Virus record (IMG/VR): IMGVR_UViG_3300033076_001354
Coordinates: 64,001-128,000 of that record
Length of the DNA stretch: 64,000 nucleotides
Reading direction: 5' to 3' (one strand)
Origin: a virus
Taxonomy: Duplodnaviria; Caudoviricetes
The notes beneath the pieces were generated by a model. It was not told the DNA's origin and did no database searches. It worked only from the letters and a program-made list of their open reading frames with translations. Within the stretch, counting starts at the first letter, position 1, and each line of letters starts with the position of its first letter. The position numbers and the translations under genes are program-made. This document shows positions 8,901 through 18,036 of the stretch, piece after piece.

Positions 8901-11712
8901 TAAGTTCGATGATCGAATCAAGCGCCTTGAGTACTACGTCGTGTTGAACGCCCTTGAGCAGCAAGCCAAGGACATGAACGTTCCTTCGGCCGCCGATCCA
9001 ACGCTGAATAGGTTTAAGAACGGTATCTTCGCTGATCCATTCAACTCATTCAACAGCGCCGACGTAACAAACATTGAGTTCAAAGCATCGATCGACCCGC
9101 AGGCGACTGTGCTTCGTCCATTCTTCAATGCTTATCCCGTCGACTTTAAGTACGACACCGCCAACTCAACGACTGTGATCAACGGCAGCACCGTCACTGT
9201 GCCTTTCTCTCACGTCCAGTACATTCGTCAGCCGTACGCGACGAAGTACAGGAACTGCACCGAGTCGGTCTGGCAGTGGAATGGTAAGGTCGACCTCTAT
9301 CCATCATACGACTTCTTCCGCGACGAAAAGCAAGCAAACAACATCAACGTCAATATCGACAATTCTGCTCCTTGGAAAGACTTTGCCAACTCTCCGTTTG
9401 GAACCAACTACGGTGACTGGAGAACAACAAAAACTTCTACTAGGGAGGAGTCAGTAAGAGGTAGAACAACTAACGAAGGTGGTGGTCAATGGTCAAGAAC
9501 TGTTACAGATTCGACTATTACTACGACTACGCAGCAGCGCACCGTATCACAGATAAAAGTCGACACCGTAAACGAGAAAGTTGACCTTGGAAACTACGTA
9601 TCAGACTTCTCAATCAACCCGTACCTTCGCAGCAGGGTAGTGGCTTTCGTTGCTACGAACCTCAAGCCAAATACGACTATGCACGTCTTCTTCGACGGAA
9701 AGAACGTCGACGCTTACTGCGCCCCCGGTGTTTTAAGCAACGTAGCAAATCCTCCTTCGGGAAAAGAAGATGGAATAGTGAATCAGAATGGCGCTTATGG
9801 TTCTCCATTGGTTACTTCGGCCGATGGAAAACTGTACGGCGTGTTTAAGATTCCGGAAGGTATGTTTAGAACCGGTGACCGCGTGCTTAGGATCGTCAAC
9901 GTAAGTGACTTGGTGACCGGAGCAGACGCGATCATCACATCGGCGACCGGCACTTATTCGGGTCAGAACATCTCAGTCACCAAGCAGTCGACCACGCTTA
10001 ATCTTTCACAGCCTAAGATAAGCTTTAGCTCTAATACTCAGACACAGACTATTGTTGATAGAGATGTAACAAACGTTCGAACTGAAACTGGCGGTCGTCC
10101 AGAGCGTGATCCTATCGCCGAAACGTTTAAGATCACTCGTCCGGAAGACGGTTCATCTGGCATCTATATGACGAAGATCGGCGTGTACTTCTATGCGAAG
10201 GACAGCAATCCAAATAACGGTATCACGATATTGATAACTGAGACGAACAACGGCTTCCCCGATACTTCGGTCATCGTCGGTGAAGGACGCATCCTCTCAG
10301 CCAACGTTACCACGAGCACGACCGGTACGGTTGAGACTCAAATAACGCTTAATCAACCTGTGATGCTTACGGCAGATAAAGAATATGCGTTCGTCGTGAT
10401 GCCTGACGGCAATTCACCCGAATGGCTCATCTGGACGGCTGAGACCGGCGGTGTCGATGTCAACACCGGCGAGAACGTCTTCAGCAACCCATACGCCGGA
10501 ATCATGTTCGTCTCGGCGAATATGTCGGCATGGACACCTATCCAGAAAGAAGACATCAAGTTCAACATCTATCGCGCTTCGTTCTCAGTCGGCACCTACT
10601 ACGCTTACTTCAACAACGAAGACGATGAGTACATCACGACTGGTGGATTCACCCGTGCAAACTCATCGGTGGCGATCGAAGTCGGTGACTTGGTCTACGG
10701 CGCCAACTCGACGGGTGGTCCAAACACGGCCGCCAACGCCGCGTTCGGTAGGGTACAGTATGTAGATGAAGCCAACGGTGTTGTCTACCTCGATGGTTCG
10801 ACGAACGGTAAGTTCTACGCGGCGAACAACATCAACGTCTACAGGACGCCAGATCCGTCAAATACGACTTACATCACGAACACCTACTTGATCGCCAACG
10901 CCACGATCAGCACCGTTGACAACCTTGTGTATCAAGCGGTGGTTCCAAAGTTCGCTACGATTCAACCGATCTTGACCGACGTATTCTACGACTACAAGGG
11001 AACCGACGGTTCATACATCAAAGACACCTCGTATCAGAGAGTCGTCGGTGAGACTGAGTACGAGTACCTCGATAAGTCAAGGTACGCGGTCAGTAAGTCG
11101 AACGAAGTGGCGAGCATGGCCGGCGGAAAGTCTTCTACGTTCCGCATCGCGCTTGGTACGTCGACTTCATACGCATCGCCGGCTATCGGTCTCGGAAGAA
11201 AGTCTTCACTCTTCGTCAAGAACATAATCAACAACGACGCGACGAATGAGTACACGAGGTACGGAAACGCCAACACGAAGTACGTGTCGAAGAAGGTAGT
11301 TCTCGCCGACGGACAAGAAGCCGAAGACTTGAAAGTCATGATTACGGCCTATCGCCCGATCGACACCGACGTCAAGGTCTATGGAAAGTTCTGGAACGCT
11401 TCAGACCCTGAGACGTTCGACAGCAAGAACTGGACTCTTCTCTCGTACCTCAACGACAGCGACCTCGTATACAGCAGCCCGACAGATCGCGAAAACTTCT
11501 ATGAGTACGAGTTCGGTATACCCGCGACGACGACTTACACCAACGACGCCTACCTCGACGCGACGAACAGCAGCATCTTGACCTACGTCAACGCGGCTGG
11601 GTCTAAGTTCTCAAGCTACAAGATCTTCGCTGTCAAGATCGTGCTTCTTTCCTCAAACGCCGTCAGGATCCCGATGATCAACGACATCAGGGCCGTCGCG
11701 CTTCAGGTATAA
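5926..11712 (+). CDS. Large virion structural protein, VrlC/DUF4815-like
   Basis: YLDDF...YYKILFRPSTAVQARELNQIQSILQNQI, NAPGAHRLK, RFKNGIFADPF, DPIAETF motifs of the conserved large structural protein of T4-like cyanophages. Confidence 0.8.
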   Translation: MPTQLSNNISTVISTTYLDDFSESNRYYKILFRPSTAVQARELNQIQSILQNQISRLGDYSFKDGSIVDGVHITYRSKLPFVRLNDTFTTNTSQAVTVYDNNYLITNSSNGTIAVKAYIAYSARGYKANYPDTNRWYLTYVQTGKDGSNNDVNEFQSGDTLYVYDTTQTKSAALDAGKLIDTITMLTTNATVNATGYGYGLTVSDGVIYQKGFFSTVNTQTIVVRNYDQNVNNYVVGFETTETIVTENQDSSLYDNAIGSPNYNAPGAHRLKLTPTLVAKLRTEASNNFFAIAEFENSTTVTQKASLDPSAQLMASMAKRTYNESGDYVVRPFFLDSEADAANTSAFYYKLSPGLAYVKGYEVEKVSDVYVNSPRAVNTNIEQNIGITCNMGNYVVVDEVEGLFNNETLAEVTLYDTAQNSLSDRENASASPSGSIVGYANVRGMQHFSGTKGLYTTQYALYIFNIRMNSGKTFANDVKAFYQSTGVGYAKADAVLESGVTVLKDSTLAAAVFPTGFGAVKTLVVNGAASSDTTFNFRQISSTTMASNGSAIFNLDTAAAGGTERLGISVGNYTSAAILNQFNVVAGAAAYTSNIAGSVSITSGSVNVTGTSTTFTTAIANGELIRVANSSATVYYQVNQVANNTFMNLISIPAATYATYNVAHFYPEGHHFNVTSINAIAGGISFNINTGLTLASGSMTVYASYPVSKSTAVQAKKDANEGTWVKIDCSNNAATSVGPWDLGLVDVYNIKNIYVGTTYANTNPERKQWFSLDNGQRDDLYDHAKISVKPAYASSITGSTKLLIELDHFTANTSAGVGFFTVDSYPIDDANTANTTAITTAQIPTFQSNKGYVDLRNAIDFRPVKYNTATVTTTVGSATINPVVSNTSFNITSTNQYIAEPDSTFSGDFEYYLPRYDVVTMDVAGKVLAKAGQSAVIPKVPYIENDVMPIAEVFVPPYPSLTVKEAETYNRKDLSMRISVKTTKRYTMKDLTKFDDRIKRLEYYVVLNALEQQAKDMNVPSAADPTLNRFKNGIFADPFNSFNSADVTNIEFKASIDPQATVLRPFFNAYPVDFKYDTANSTTVINGSTVTVPFSHVQYIRQPYATKYRNCTESVWQWNGKVDLYPSYDFFRDEKQANNINVNIDNSAPWKDFANSPFGTNYGDWRTTKTSTREESVRGRTTNEGGGQWSRTVTDSTITTTTQQRTVSQIKVDTVNEKVDLGNYVSDFSINPYLRSRVVAFVATNLKPNTTMHVFFDGKNVDAYCAPGVLSNVANPPSGKEDGIVNQNGAYGSPLVTSADGKLYGVFKIPEGMFRTGDRVLRIVNVSDLVTGADAIITSATGTYSGQNISVTKQSTTLNLSQPKISFSSNTQTQTIVDRDVTNVRTETGGRPERDPIAETFKITRPEDGSSGIYMTKIGVYFYAKDSNPNNGITILITETNNGFPDTSVIVGEGRILSANVTTSTTGTVETQITLNQPVMLTADKEYAFVVMPDGNSPEWLIWTAETGGVDVNTGENVFSNPYAGIMFVSANMSAWTPIQKEDIKFNIYRASFSVGTYYAYFNNEDDEYITTGGFTRANSSVAIEVGDLVYGANSTGGPNTAANAAFGRVQYVDEANGVVYLDGSTNGKFYAANNINVYRTPDPSNTTYITNTYLIANATISTVDNLVYQAVVPKFATIQPILTDVFYDYKGTDGSYIKDTSYQRVVGETEYEYLDKSRYAVSKSNEVASMAGGKSSTFRIALGTSTSYASPAIGLGRKSSLFVKNIINNDATNEYTRYGNANTKYVSKKVVLADGQEAEDLKVMITAYRPIDTDVKVYGKFWNASDPETFDSKNWTLLSYLNDSDLVYSSPTDRENFYEYEFGIPATTTYTNDAYLDATNSSILTYVNAAGSKFSSYKIFAVKIVLLSSNAVRIPMINDIRAVALQV

Positions 11713-11715
11713 ATA
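11708..11715 (+). promoter_or_regulatory. Late promoter TATAAATA
   Basis: Exact match overlapping the stop of the 1928-aa gene and the next ATG. Confidence 0.55.
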
Positions 11716-11912
11716 TGAATAGCAACGAAAACTTAAAGAGGTTAGGTTCTAACCCAGGCGCGGTGGTAAACACCGACCATCCGGGACTCAAGGCGTACCG
11801 CGAGGCTAGGGAACGGGTTAGACAGAGAAACAAAGACTTTGAACAGCTGAAGACTGAAGTCACCGAGCTCAAGTCGATGCTGAACCAAATACTAGAGAAG
11901 TTGGACAAATGA
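11715..11912 (+). CDS. Small coiled-coil protein
   Basis: 65 aa, GAVVNTD...LKTEVTELKSMLNQIL; fills gap between structural genes. Confidence 0.7.
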   Translation: MNSNENLKRLGSNPGAVVNTDHPGLKAYREARERVRQRNKDFEQLKTEVTELKSMLNQILEKLDK

Positions 11913-12523
11913 CGATAGCGATCGCAAACGTAGATACAACGACCGACTCATTCGGCCAGTGGATCACGAAGACAAACGTCTTATCGGACGCTATGTCGAA
12001 CAAAGTTGTCACCACGAACTCAAACACGGCGGTAGGCAACGCGGCGGTCTCATCGGCTTTCTCAGCGAACGCCCTCTACGCAAACACCCTCTCGGGCGGC
12101 AACAACTCGGTCACCGCTCCTCTCGCCGTCGCGACCAACACGTCTTTCACGGCGAACGTAGCTTTCAACGGGTACAGGACCAACTTAGGTCTCGGCGCAA
12201 ACGTTTCCGTAAACTCGGGCAACAGCACTTTCAGGGTGCTGACGGTCAACTCCGCCGCTTCCAACACACTCGTCGCAACTAAGATCTCGTTCGGTGACTT
12301 GTATGATATGAACGTTGCGTCGGCCGGCAACGGCGAAGTGTTGGTCTATACGTCCAACGGCAACTACTGGTACAACACCAACTCGGTCAACATAAATACT
12401 ACGACAAACACCGTGACTTTCTCTGGAAACATCGTCGTGTCGGGCATCCAATACGGGAACGGACAATCGTTCAGTTCATTGGTCGTCTACTACGCGAACG
12501 GTGTCCAAGCATTTCCAACATAA
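11909..12523 (+). CDS. Short fibre/virion protein
   Basis: N-term NVDTTTDSFGQWITKTN fibre-type anchor; C-term VYYANGVQAFP shared with the 2052 protein. Confidence 0.6.
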   Translation: MTIAIANVDTTTDSFGQWITKTNVLSDAMSNKVVTTNSNTAVGNAAVSSAFSANALYANTLSGGNNSVTAPLAVATNTSFTANVAFNGYRTNLGLGANVSVNSGNSTFRVLTVNSAASNTLVATKISFGDLYDMNVASAGNGEVLVYTSNGNYWYNTNSVNINTTTNTVTFSGNIVVSGIQYGNGQSFSSLVVYYANGVQAFPT

Positions 12524-12532
12524 GCGTAAACG

Positions 12533-13630
12533 ATGGCAGCGCTACTTAAAATCAATACCGCTACGAGTCCAGTCTCCCTCAAGCAAGCTTCTGGGACCGA
12601 CTACGACTATGCTGTGAACCTGATACTTACGCAGTTCACGACCTCGACGTCGAACGCGAACATCACGGTTAATCCGGCGAACACCACGGGTTTGACGCTG
12701 ATCGGTACGTTTACTGATACGTACTTGAACGCCACGCCGGGACAACACCCGATTGGTACCACGCCGCTGTCCGTGACCTATAACTTCTACCAAGATCAGC
12801 AGGCTGCGTCAGAATCGATCACGCGTCCAATCGAGTTTGACACGACGATCAAAGAACAGAACGACACGACTTTGAACGCCGACTTGATCGCGACCGCTTT
12901 GGCTAACTTAGCGTCGACCGGCGTAGGTGCTTATGCCCTTCAGCCAACTTCACCGACGGGCGGCACTTGGGTTTCAATAAGCACGATTACCAACACACTC
13001 GACGCGGTCACAACGAACACCACTCAGCTTTGGAAAAAGACGGCGGCTGCTTCTACGCCATCTACCCTTAGGCCGATCAAGCTCAACACCGGTACTTCTC
13101 CAATCTCATTGAAGGAGATGTCGGACGCCGAGATCCAGTCGCTCGCCGCGCGCTTAAAGAATCGATTGATCGCGACCGGCATCGGTACGTACAAGATTCA
13201 AGGCACCACACCGGTAGGTGGAACATGGGTTACGTCAGGCGCCTCGTTCCTTGACACGACTAGAACCTCGTCGTCGGTTTCTTACTCCGGAACGTATACC
13301 GGCACCTACACCGGAAGCTACACAGGAAGCTACAGTGGAACGTATTCCGGTACGTACACCGGAAGCTACATCGGCACCTATAGTGGCAACTATACTGGAA
13401 CCTATCGCCCATCGTTCAACGGATACCTTGGCGGCTTCTTTACCGGTACATACACGGGCTTCTATAGCGGGACTTACATCGGAAGCTATACGGGCGGCTA
13501 CACCGGAAGCTACACTGGAAGTTATACTGGAAGCTACACAGGAAACTATACGGGTGGATACGCTGGCGATACGTTAAATAACGACAGCAGCACAGTCTCA
13601 ACAGTCTACTTATGGGTAAGGACGGCATAA
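12533..13630 (+). CDS. Fibre/spike protein with C-terminal (Y-x-G-x)n repeat
   Basis: Three internal ~90-100 aa repeats, a 24-unit tetrapeptide tract, and C-term TVYLWVRTA resembling gp10/gp12-type fibre ends. Confidence 0.65.
   Translation: MAALLKINTATSPVSLKQASGTDYDYAVNLILTQFTTSTSNANITVNPANTTGLTLIGTFTDTYLNATPGQHPIGTTPLSVTYNFYQDQQAASESITRPIEFDTTIKEQNDTTLNADLIATALANLASTGVGAYALQPTSPTGGTWVSISTITNTLDAVTTNTTQLWKKTAAASTPSTLRPIKLNTGTSPISLKEMSDAEIQSLAARLKNRLIATGIGTYKIQGTTPVGGTWVTSGASFLDTTRTSSSVSYSGTYTGTYTGSYTGSYSGTYSGTYTGSYIGTYSGNYTGTYRPSFNGYLGGFFTGTYTGFYSGTYIGSYTGGYTGSYTGSYTGSYTGNYTGGYAGDTLNNDSSTVSTVYLWVRTA
13283..13570 (+). repeat. 12-bp coding tandem repeat (TAC ACN GGN NNN) encoding Y-[TS]-G-x units
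   Basis: 11 units + FNGYLGGF + 11 units read directly from the sequence. Confidence 0.95.
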
Positions 13631-13631
13631 T

Positions 13632-14066
13632 ATGGCAAGGAAGATTATAAATCCTAGGTGGGGCAACGACGAGAAGACGGCTATTCTCGCTACGTTTAAG
13701 TACGACGACGGTCGCGAACTCGTCGCATCGATCAGCAACGTCGACGACACGATGAATCCTGATTGGAAAGAAATCATGGATACTTTCGGCGTTGAAATGT
13801 TGGATCAGAACACGGGCGACGCGCTTGAAAGCCACATGAAAAGAAAAGCTGAACGGGCCGAACGCGCTAAGATCGACCAAGATCGCGCGATGAAAGAAAA
13901 CTTGTTCAACTTGAAAGCCGAAGCCTTCGACATGGAAATCGTGAAGAACTCTAAGAACAGAGACGTCAAGAACAAGATCCGCAGGGCAGCCACTCCGACG
14001 GAAGTTCTCGTCTATACAGCTCTCCTTCACATGCTCGAGGATCCGTTGGCTAAACCCATGGCCTAA
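13632..14066 (+). CDS. Probable tail-fibre assembly chaperone
   Basis: Directly follows the fibre gene; IINPRWGNDEKTAI N-terminus and helical C-terminus resemble Tfa-like chaperones. Confidence 0.45.
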   Translation: MARKIINPRWGNDEKTAILATFKYDDGRELVASISNVDDTMNPDWKEIMDTFGVEMLDQNTGDALESHMKRKAERAERAKIDQDRAMKENLFNLKAEAFDMEIVKNSKNRDVKNKIRRAATPTEVLVYTALLHMLEDPLAKPMA

Positions 14067-14068
14067 TC

Positions 14069-14818
14069 ATGAACGGCTTTCTTTATGTGGCTTCACAGAG
14101 CGCCGCTTTCTATAAGTCAGCGGTGAACTCTGCAATATCCCTCCGTGATAATTATCCTGAAGCAAACATTACGCTCTTCACGCACGCCGACTTCGTTCAA
14201 GAGTCGGACCGCAAGTTCTTTGATAAGATTGAGACTGGGATCCCGATCCATAAGCGCGCCAAGATGTACGGCATGGCTAGGACGCCTTACGAGAAGACTT
14301 TCTACCTAGACGCCGATACTGAAATTAGATCTGAGAATATCAAAAAAGTATTTGACATCCTAGGAAACAATGATATAATGTTTACTAGGATTATATCAAA
14401 AGTTTCTAAAGATCGATTGATTGATTCCAACAATAATCTAGAGTATCACGGCGGTGTGGTTCTTTATAATTCAAAGAAGCTTACTCTTCAGTTGATGCAG
14501 GATTGGTATGAGACTTACCTGATCCAAGACCGTACGCCGTGGAGTCAAAGTCCGTTCGCCAGATTCAATCCTAAGATGAGACCATGGGATCAGTTCACCA
14601 TCTGGTACTTATTGAACGTAGATCCTAAATATAAAAAGATCAAGCACGACTTTTTTCCAGACGGCGGACACTCGTTCAACTATATAAGTCTGTTTGAAAA
14701 CTATGAAGAATTCAAAGAAATCGAACAGATCGTTTATCATCATACTATTCCACGTGACAGGATAGAAAATGCAGTCCTTATCAGACCTAAATCCGGACTT
14801 ACTGAAGACTTTAACTGA
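14069..14818 (+). CDS. GT-A fold glycosyltransferase (GT8-like)
   Basis: TPYEKTFYLDADT (DxD), GGVVLY and WDQ motifs. Confidence 0.75.
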   Translation: MNGFLYVASQSAAFYKSAVNSAISLRDNYPEANITLFTHADFVQESDRKFFDKIETGIPIHKRAKMYGMARTPYEKTFYLDADTEIRSENIKKVFDILGNNDIMFTRIISKVSKDRLIDSNNNLEYHGGVVLYNSKKLTLQLMQDWYETYLIQDRTPWSQSPFARFNPKMRPWDQFTIWYLLNVDPKYKKIKHDFFPDGGHSFNYISLFENYEEFKEIEQIVYHHTIPRDRIENAVLIRPKSGLTEDFN

Positions 14819-15428
14819 GTTCAGCAACTTCTTCTATGGGCGTGACTTCTCACACCTTGAGTCCTTGATCGGTTCAGACGAAAAAAGAAAAAACGTCAGT
14901 GTCAAGTCGATGGCTCTGGAAGCGGTCGGCGAGGAGTACTTGAGAAACGCTCTCAAAGAACCCCCGATGAAGTACGGATTCCCTAGACACTCTTGGGGAC
15001 TGGAGCTCGTGATGGATCGCCGATACATCGACGACAGGGAGCTCTTGGATAAGTCGCAGGCTGCCAACGATAAGCTGATGAACTTCTTCGGCGCGCGAAA
15101 CAACGCCCTTCAGATGTTTTATCCGTCCGGCGGCTACATCGGCTGGCACACGAACTGCAACGCTCCGGGATTCAACATCGTCCTCTCCTGCAACCCAGGA
15201 GCCAAGGGATACTTTGAGCACTACGACCACGTCAACGATAAGTTCGTTAGGTACGAAGATAAGCCGGGATGGAACTGCAAGGTCGGGTACTTCGGCCCCG
15301 ACACCGAACCGGAGAAGATGTATTGGCACTGCGCCTACACCGACACCCCTCGATTGACGTTCAGCTACGTCATATACGACAAGAACATTTGGGAAGACAT
15401 GGTGGATGACATCGGAAGAGCCGATTAA
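14769..15428 (+). CDS. 2OG-Fe(II)/cupin-type oxygenase-like protein
   Basis: YPSGGYIGWHTN...YWHCAY...RLTFSY pattern; HxN instead of HxD. Confidence 0.55.
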   Translation: MQSLSDLNPDLLKTLTEFSNFFYGRDFSHLESLIGSDEKRKNVSVKSMALEAVGEEYLRNALKEPPMKYGFPRHSWGLELVMDRRYIDDRELLDKSQAANDKLMNFFGARNNALQMFYPSGGYIGWHTNCNAPGFNIVLSCNPGAKGYFEHYDHVNDKFVRYEDKPGWNCKVGYFGPDTEPEKMYWHCAYTDTPRLTFSYVIYDKNIWEDMVDDIGRAD

Positions 15429-16164
15429 GTTCATATGTTTGAAGTGGGGAACTAAGTATGGACCCGAGTACGTCAACAGGCTTCATGAATCAGTACGGAG
15501 GCTATATCTTAAGCCTCACCGCTTTCTTTGTTATACTGATGATCCTCGAGGCCTTAGACCCGAAATCGAAGTAAAGAACATTGAGGAGCTTCGCAGGGTT
15601 AAGAACACCTGCTTCACTATGGAGAAGCTCTTCTTATTCGACGGTCTCGACTTCGAGGGACCGTACTGCCTTCTCGACATAGACATACTTATACAGTCCG
15701 ACATCACGTCTTACTTCGATGAGTATAAGTTCGTAGAACCTAGGTTCACGATTTCATCGGCGATGCATTCATACATTAAAGTCGCGCCTATATTCTCGCA
15801 AGAAGGAATGTGCTACGTCAACAGCTCGTTCGTGACTTGGACCGGCGATCAGCTTAAGTGGCTCCCCGACTTCTACATGGCGAACAAAGATATTATCGAC
15901 TATAAGTATAGAGACTTAGATACTTTCTTGTTTCACACCGTCTTAAAGAAGATGCGTTTTCACCCACAGGATATGATCTATTCTTTTAATCACGAAAAGA
16001 AGCGCTTAGACTCGCCGATAGTCATGTTCAATACTTCCCACGGTCGCGGCGTCGAGCTGCACGAGGGACCTACTTGGGCAAAGGAGTTGTGGGAATCGTA
16101 TGATAGTGAATCAGGATCCGCTCGTCTTCTAAGCGAACCTGTCGCTGCGCCGCGGTCGTCATGA
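15406..16164 (+). CDS. GT-A fold glycosyltransferase
   Basis: CLKWGTKYGPEYVNRL, CYTDD, LLDIDIL (DxD), NSSFV. Confidence 0.75.
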   Translation: MTSEEPIKFICLKWGTKYGPEYVNRLHESVRRLYLKPHRFLCYTDDPRGLRPEIEVKNIEELRRVKNTCFTMEKLFLFDGLDFEGPYCLLDIDILIQSDITSYFDEYKFVEPRFTISSAMHSYIKVAPIFSQEGMCYVNSSFVTWTGDQLKWLPDFYMANKDIIDYKYRDLDTFLFHTVLKKMRFHPQDMIYSFNHEKKRLDSPIVMFNTSHGRGVELHEGPTWAKELWESYDSESGSARLLSEPVAAPRSS

Positions 16165-16717
16165 TCTTCTTCTTGAGATACATAACCCTTCCATACTTAT
16201 TGATGAAGGTATCGTCCCCATAGTGTTCGCTCGTGTGCTTGAATATGTCGTCCATAAGCATCTGATACAGGTAGTGGTGTGAGTCTCCCACCCATCCCAT
16301 CACCGAAGAGTTTCCGTTGCAGAAGAACCTCTCCTTGTTCTTATAGTCGAGCTTATCAACGAGCCTCCACCATTCGTCGTTCTTCCATACCGTGTCCACC
16401 ACTTTCAACACGCCCTGCTGAACGTCTTCCACTAAAAAATCGATGTTCTTCTTTATGAGTATGTCAAGGTCGAAGTACAGGTTTATTCCCGGACTACATA
16501 TATCTTTGTTGAACAACAGTATCTTATTCCACCAAGTGTCGAGCTCGAACCGTGTTACGTCTATGAACTCAATGGGTCGATCCGTCTTCCAATCGGAGTC
16601 TGTCAGGCAAGTCATCTTGAATTCATGCGTTAAATACTTACGCACTTGGTCGTACAAGTTCTCGACGTGCTCTATAGAATACCTTGGCTTTACGAGTACA
16701 CAATAAACGTTTATCAT
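16070..16717 (-). CDS. GT-A fold glycosyltransferase (opposite strand)
   Basis: CLTD, WWNKILLF, YFDLDIL (DxD), NSSVMGW, GDDTFI; same family as its neighbours. Confidence 0.75.
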   Translation of the reverse strand: MINVYCVLVKPRYSIEHVENLYDQVRKYLTHEFKMTCLTDSDWKTDRPIEFIDVTRFELDTWWNKILLFNKDICSPGINLYFDLDILIKKNIDFLVEDVQQGVLKVVDTVWKNDEWWRLVDKLDYKNKERFFCNGNSSVMGWVGDSHHYLYQMLMDDIFKHTSEHYGDDTFINKYGRVMYLKKKIMTTAAQRQVRLEDERILIHYHTIPTTPLPK

Positions 16718-17426
16718 GGATCAGACCGTTAAGTTTATAGTTTTGAAGTGGGGAACCAAGTATGGTCCCGAGTACGTCAACAGGCTATTTAGGACTTTAA
16801 AAGCGACTTACTCCGGTCCCTTTGAGTTCTACTGCTTCACCGACAACAGTCGTGGTGTCGAGTGCAGGACGTATCCCATTGAGATGCTTCCGCTCTTTAA
16901 GTCAAACGTATTTACCGCGTGCAAGCTCGATCTATTCAATAAGCTTCCGTTCAAGGGACCATATTGTTTTCTCGACCTCGACCTACTCATCCTTAAAGAC
17001 CTCAAGCCGTACTTCGATGAATACGGCTTCAATGAGCCTAGGATGATATACAACTATTGGACTGAGACCGAAAGGATCTATAGGTCGTACTATACGGGCG
17101 ACTGCTACGTCAATAGTTCATTCGTGACGTGGGACGCCGACCAGCTAAGGTGGATGCGCGAGAGATTCATTGAGAACCAAGAAGTGATCTCTTTCAGGTT
17201 TAAGACTCTCGATAAGTTCATATACTATAGCAGTCGCAAGGATATGAAGTACCACCCGCGCGGGGTGGCGTACGCCTACAGCTTTGGCTCCGACCACCCA
17301 TTTGACGTCGAACCCTATAAGCTAAGGGATCAATACATATCGATATTCAACACTTCACATAAGAAAGGCGTCGAGCTACACGACGCAAACGGATGGGCTA
17401 GAGATGTTTGGACCCGGTACGACTGA
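16716..17426 (+). CDS. GT-A fold glycosyltransferase, paralog of 15406
   Basis: LKWGTKYGPEYVNRL, CFTD, FLDLDLL, YVNSSFVTW, FNTSH..GVELH shared with the 15406 protein. Confidence 0.75.
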   Translation: MDQTVKFIVLKWGTKYGPEYVNRLFRTLKATYSGPFEFYCFTDNSRGVECRTYPIEMLPLFKSNVFTACKLDLFNKLPFKGPYCFLDLDLLILKDLKPYFDEYGFNEPRMIYNYWTETERIYRSYYTGDCYVNSSFVTWDADQLRWMRERFIENQEVISFRFKTLDKFIYYSSRKDMKYHPRGVAYAYSFGSDHPFDVEPYKLRDQYISIFNTSHKKGVELHDANGWARDVWTRYD

Positions 17427-18036
17427 ACTTGACTACATCGTAGAATTAAACAGGATTCTAAATGAACTGTTTAAGCATCTTCAAAGCAGGAATCTAGACT
17501 ACGTCTATAGGTTCTATGCTATGCACAACGAAGAAAAGATGCGAAATCGCAACTTCATCGCGATGGAGGCTATAAGGAAGAACTTTAAACAACTAAACAA
17601 CGTCGCGATCGTGAACAGCAGCAGTCCCGTCGCCCTAACACACTTCTTAAAGAAGGAGTACAAATCTTCAGTGACACTGATTTCAGACCACCCGTCTTTT
17701 GAAATGTCGCTGGGATTCTTTCAGAGATTCTTTAAGGCGAACACCATAGTCAAAAGCGTCTTCTTTGAAGACGTCGATCTATCTTCATACGACTTGGTGA
17801 TCTTGTCTGAGTTTGAATACTTGGTTCCTCTCGATATGCTCAAGCACGTTAACTTCGGTGATTCACCTATAATGGCTCTTCAGCATATCCAGCACGTCAA
17901 CGATCACAACAGTCGACACATAGTCATGTGCATCGAAGACTTACTTGAGCTGTGCAACTTTAAGACTCTACTCGACTCAGGCGAGACCCTCAATATAGAC
18001 AATAGGTTCGTCTATCACGCCTTGGGAGTGAAGTGA
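17404..18036 (+). CDS. Hypothetical protein, possibly degenerate Rossmann/methyltransferase fold
   Basis: Alternating beta/alpha pattern, YDLVILSEFEY; no canonical GxG motif. Confidence 0.4.
   Translation: MFGPGTTELDYIVELNRILNELFKHLQSRNLDYVYRFYAMHNEEKMRNRNFIAMEAIRKNFKQLNNVAIVNSSSPVALTHFLKKEYKSSVTLISDHPSFEMSLGFFQRFFKANTIVKSVFFEDVDLSSYDLVILSEFEYLVPLDMLKHVNFGDSPIMALQHIQHVNDHNSRHIVMCIEDLLELCNFKTLLDSGETLNIDNRFVYHALGVK

Noticed and set aside
13283-13570. Short periodic DNA repeat as CRISPR array or non-coding VNTR
   Set aside because: 12-bp period, in frame, varies at synonymous positions, no spacers; it is a coding repeat
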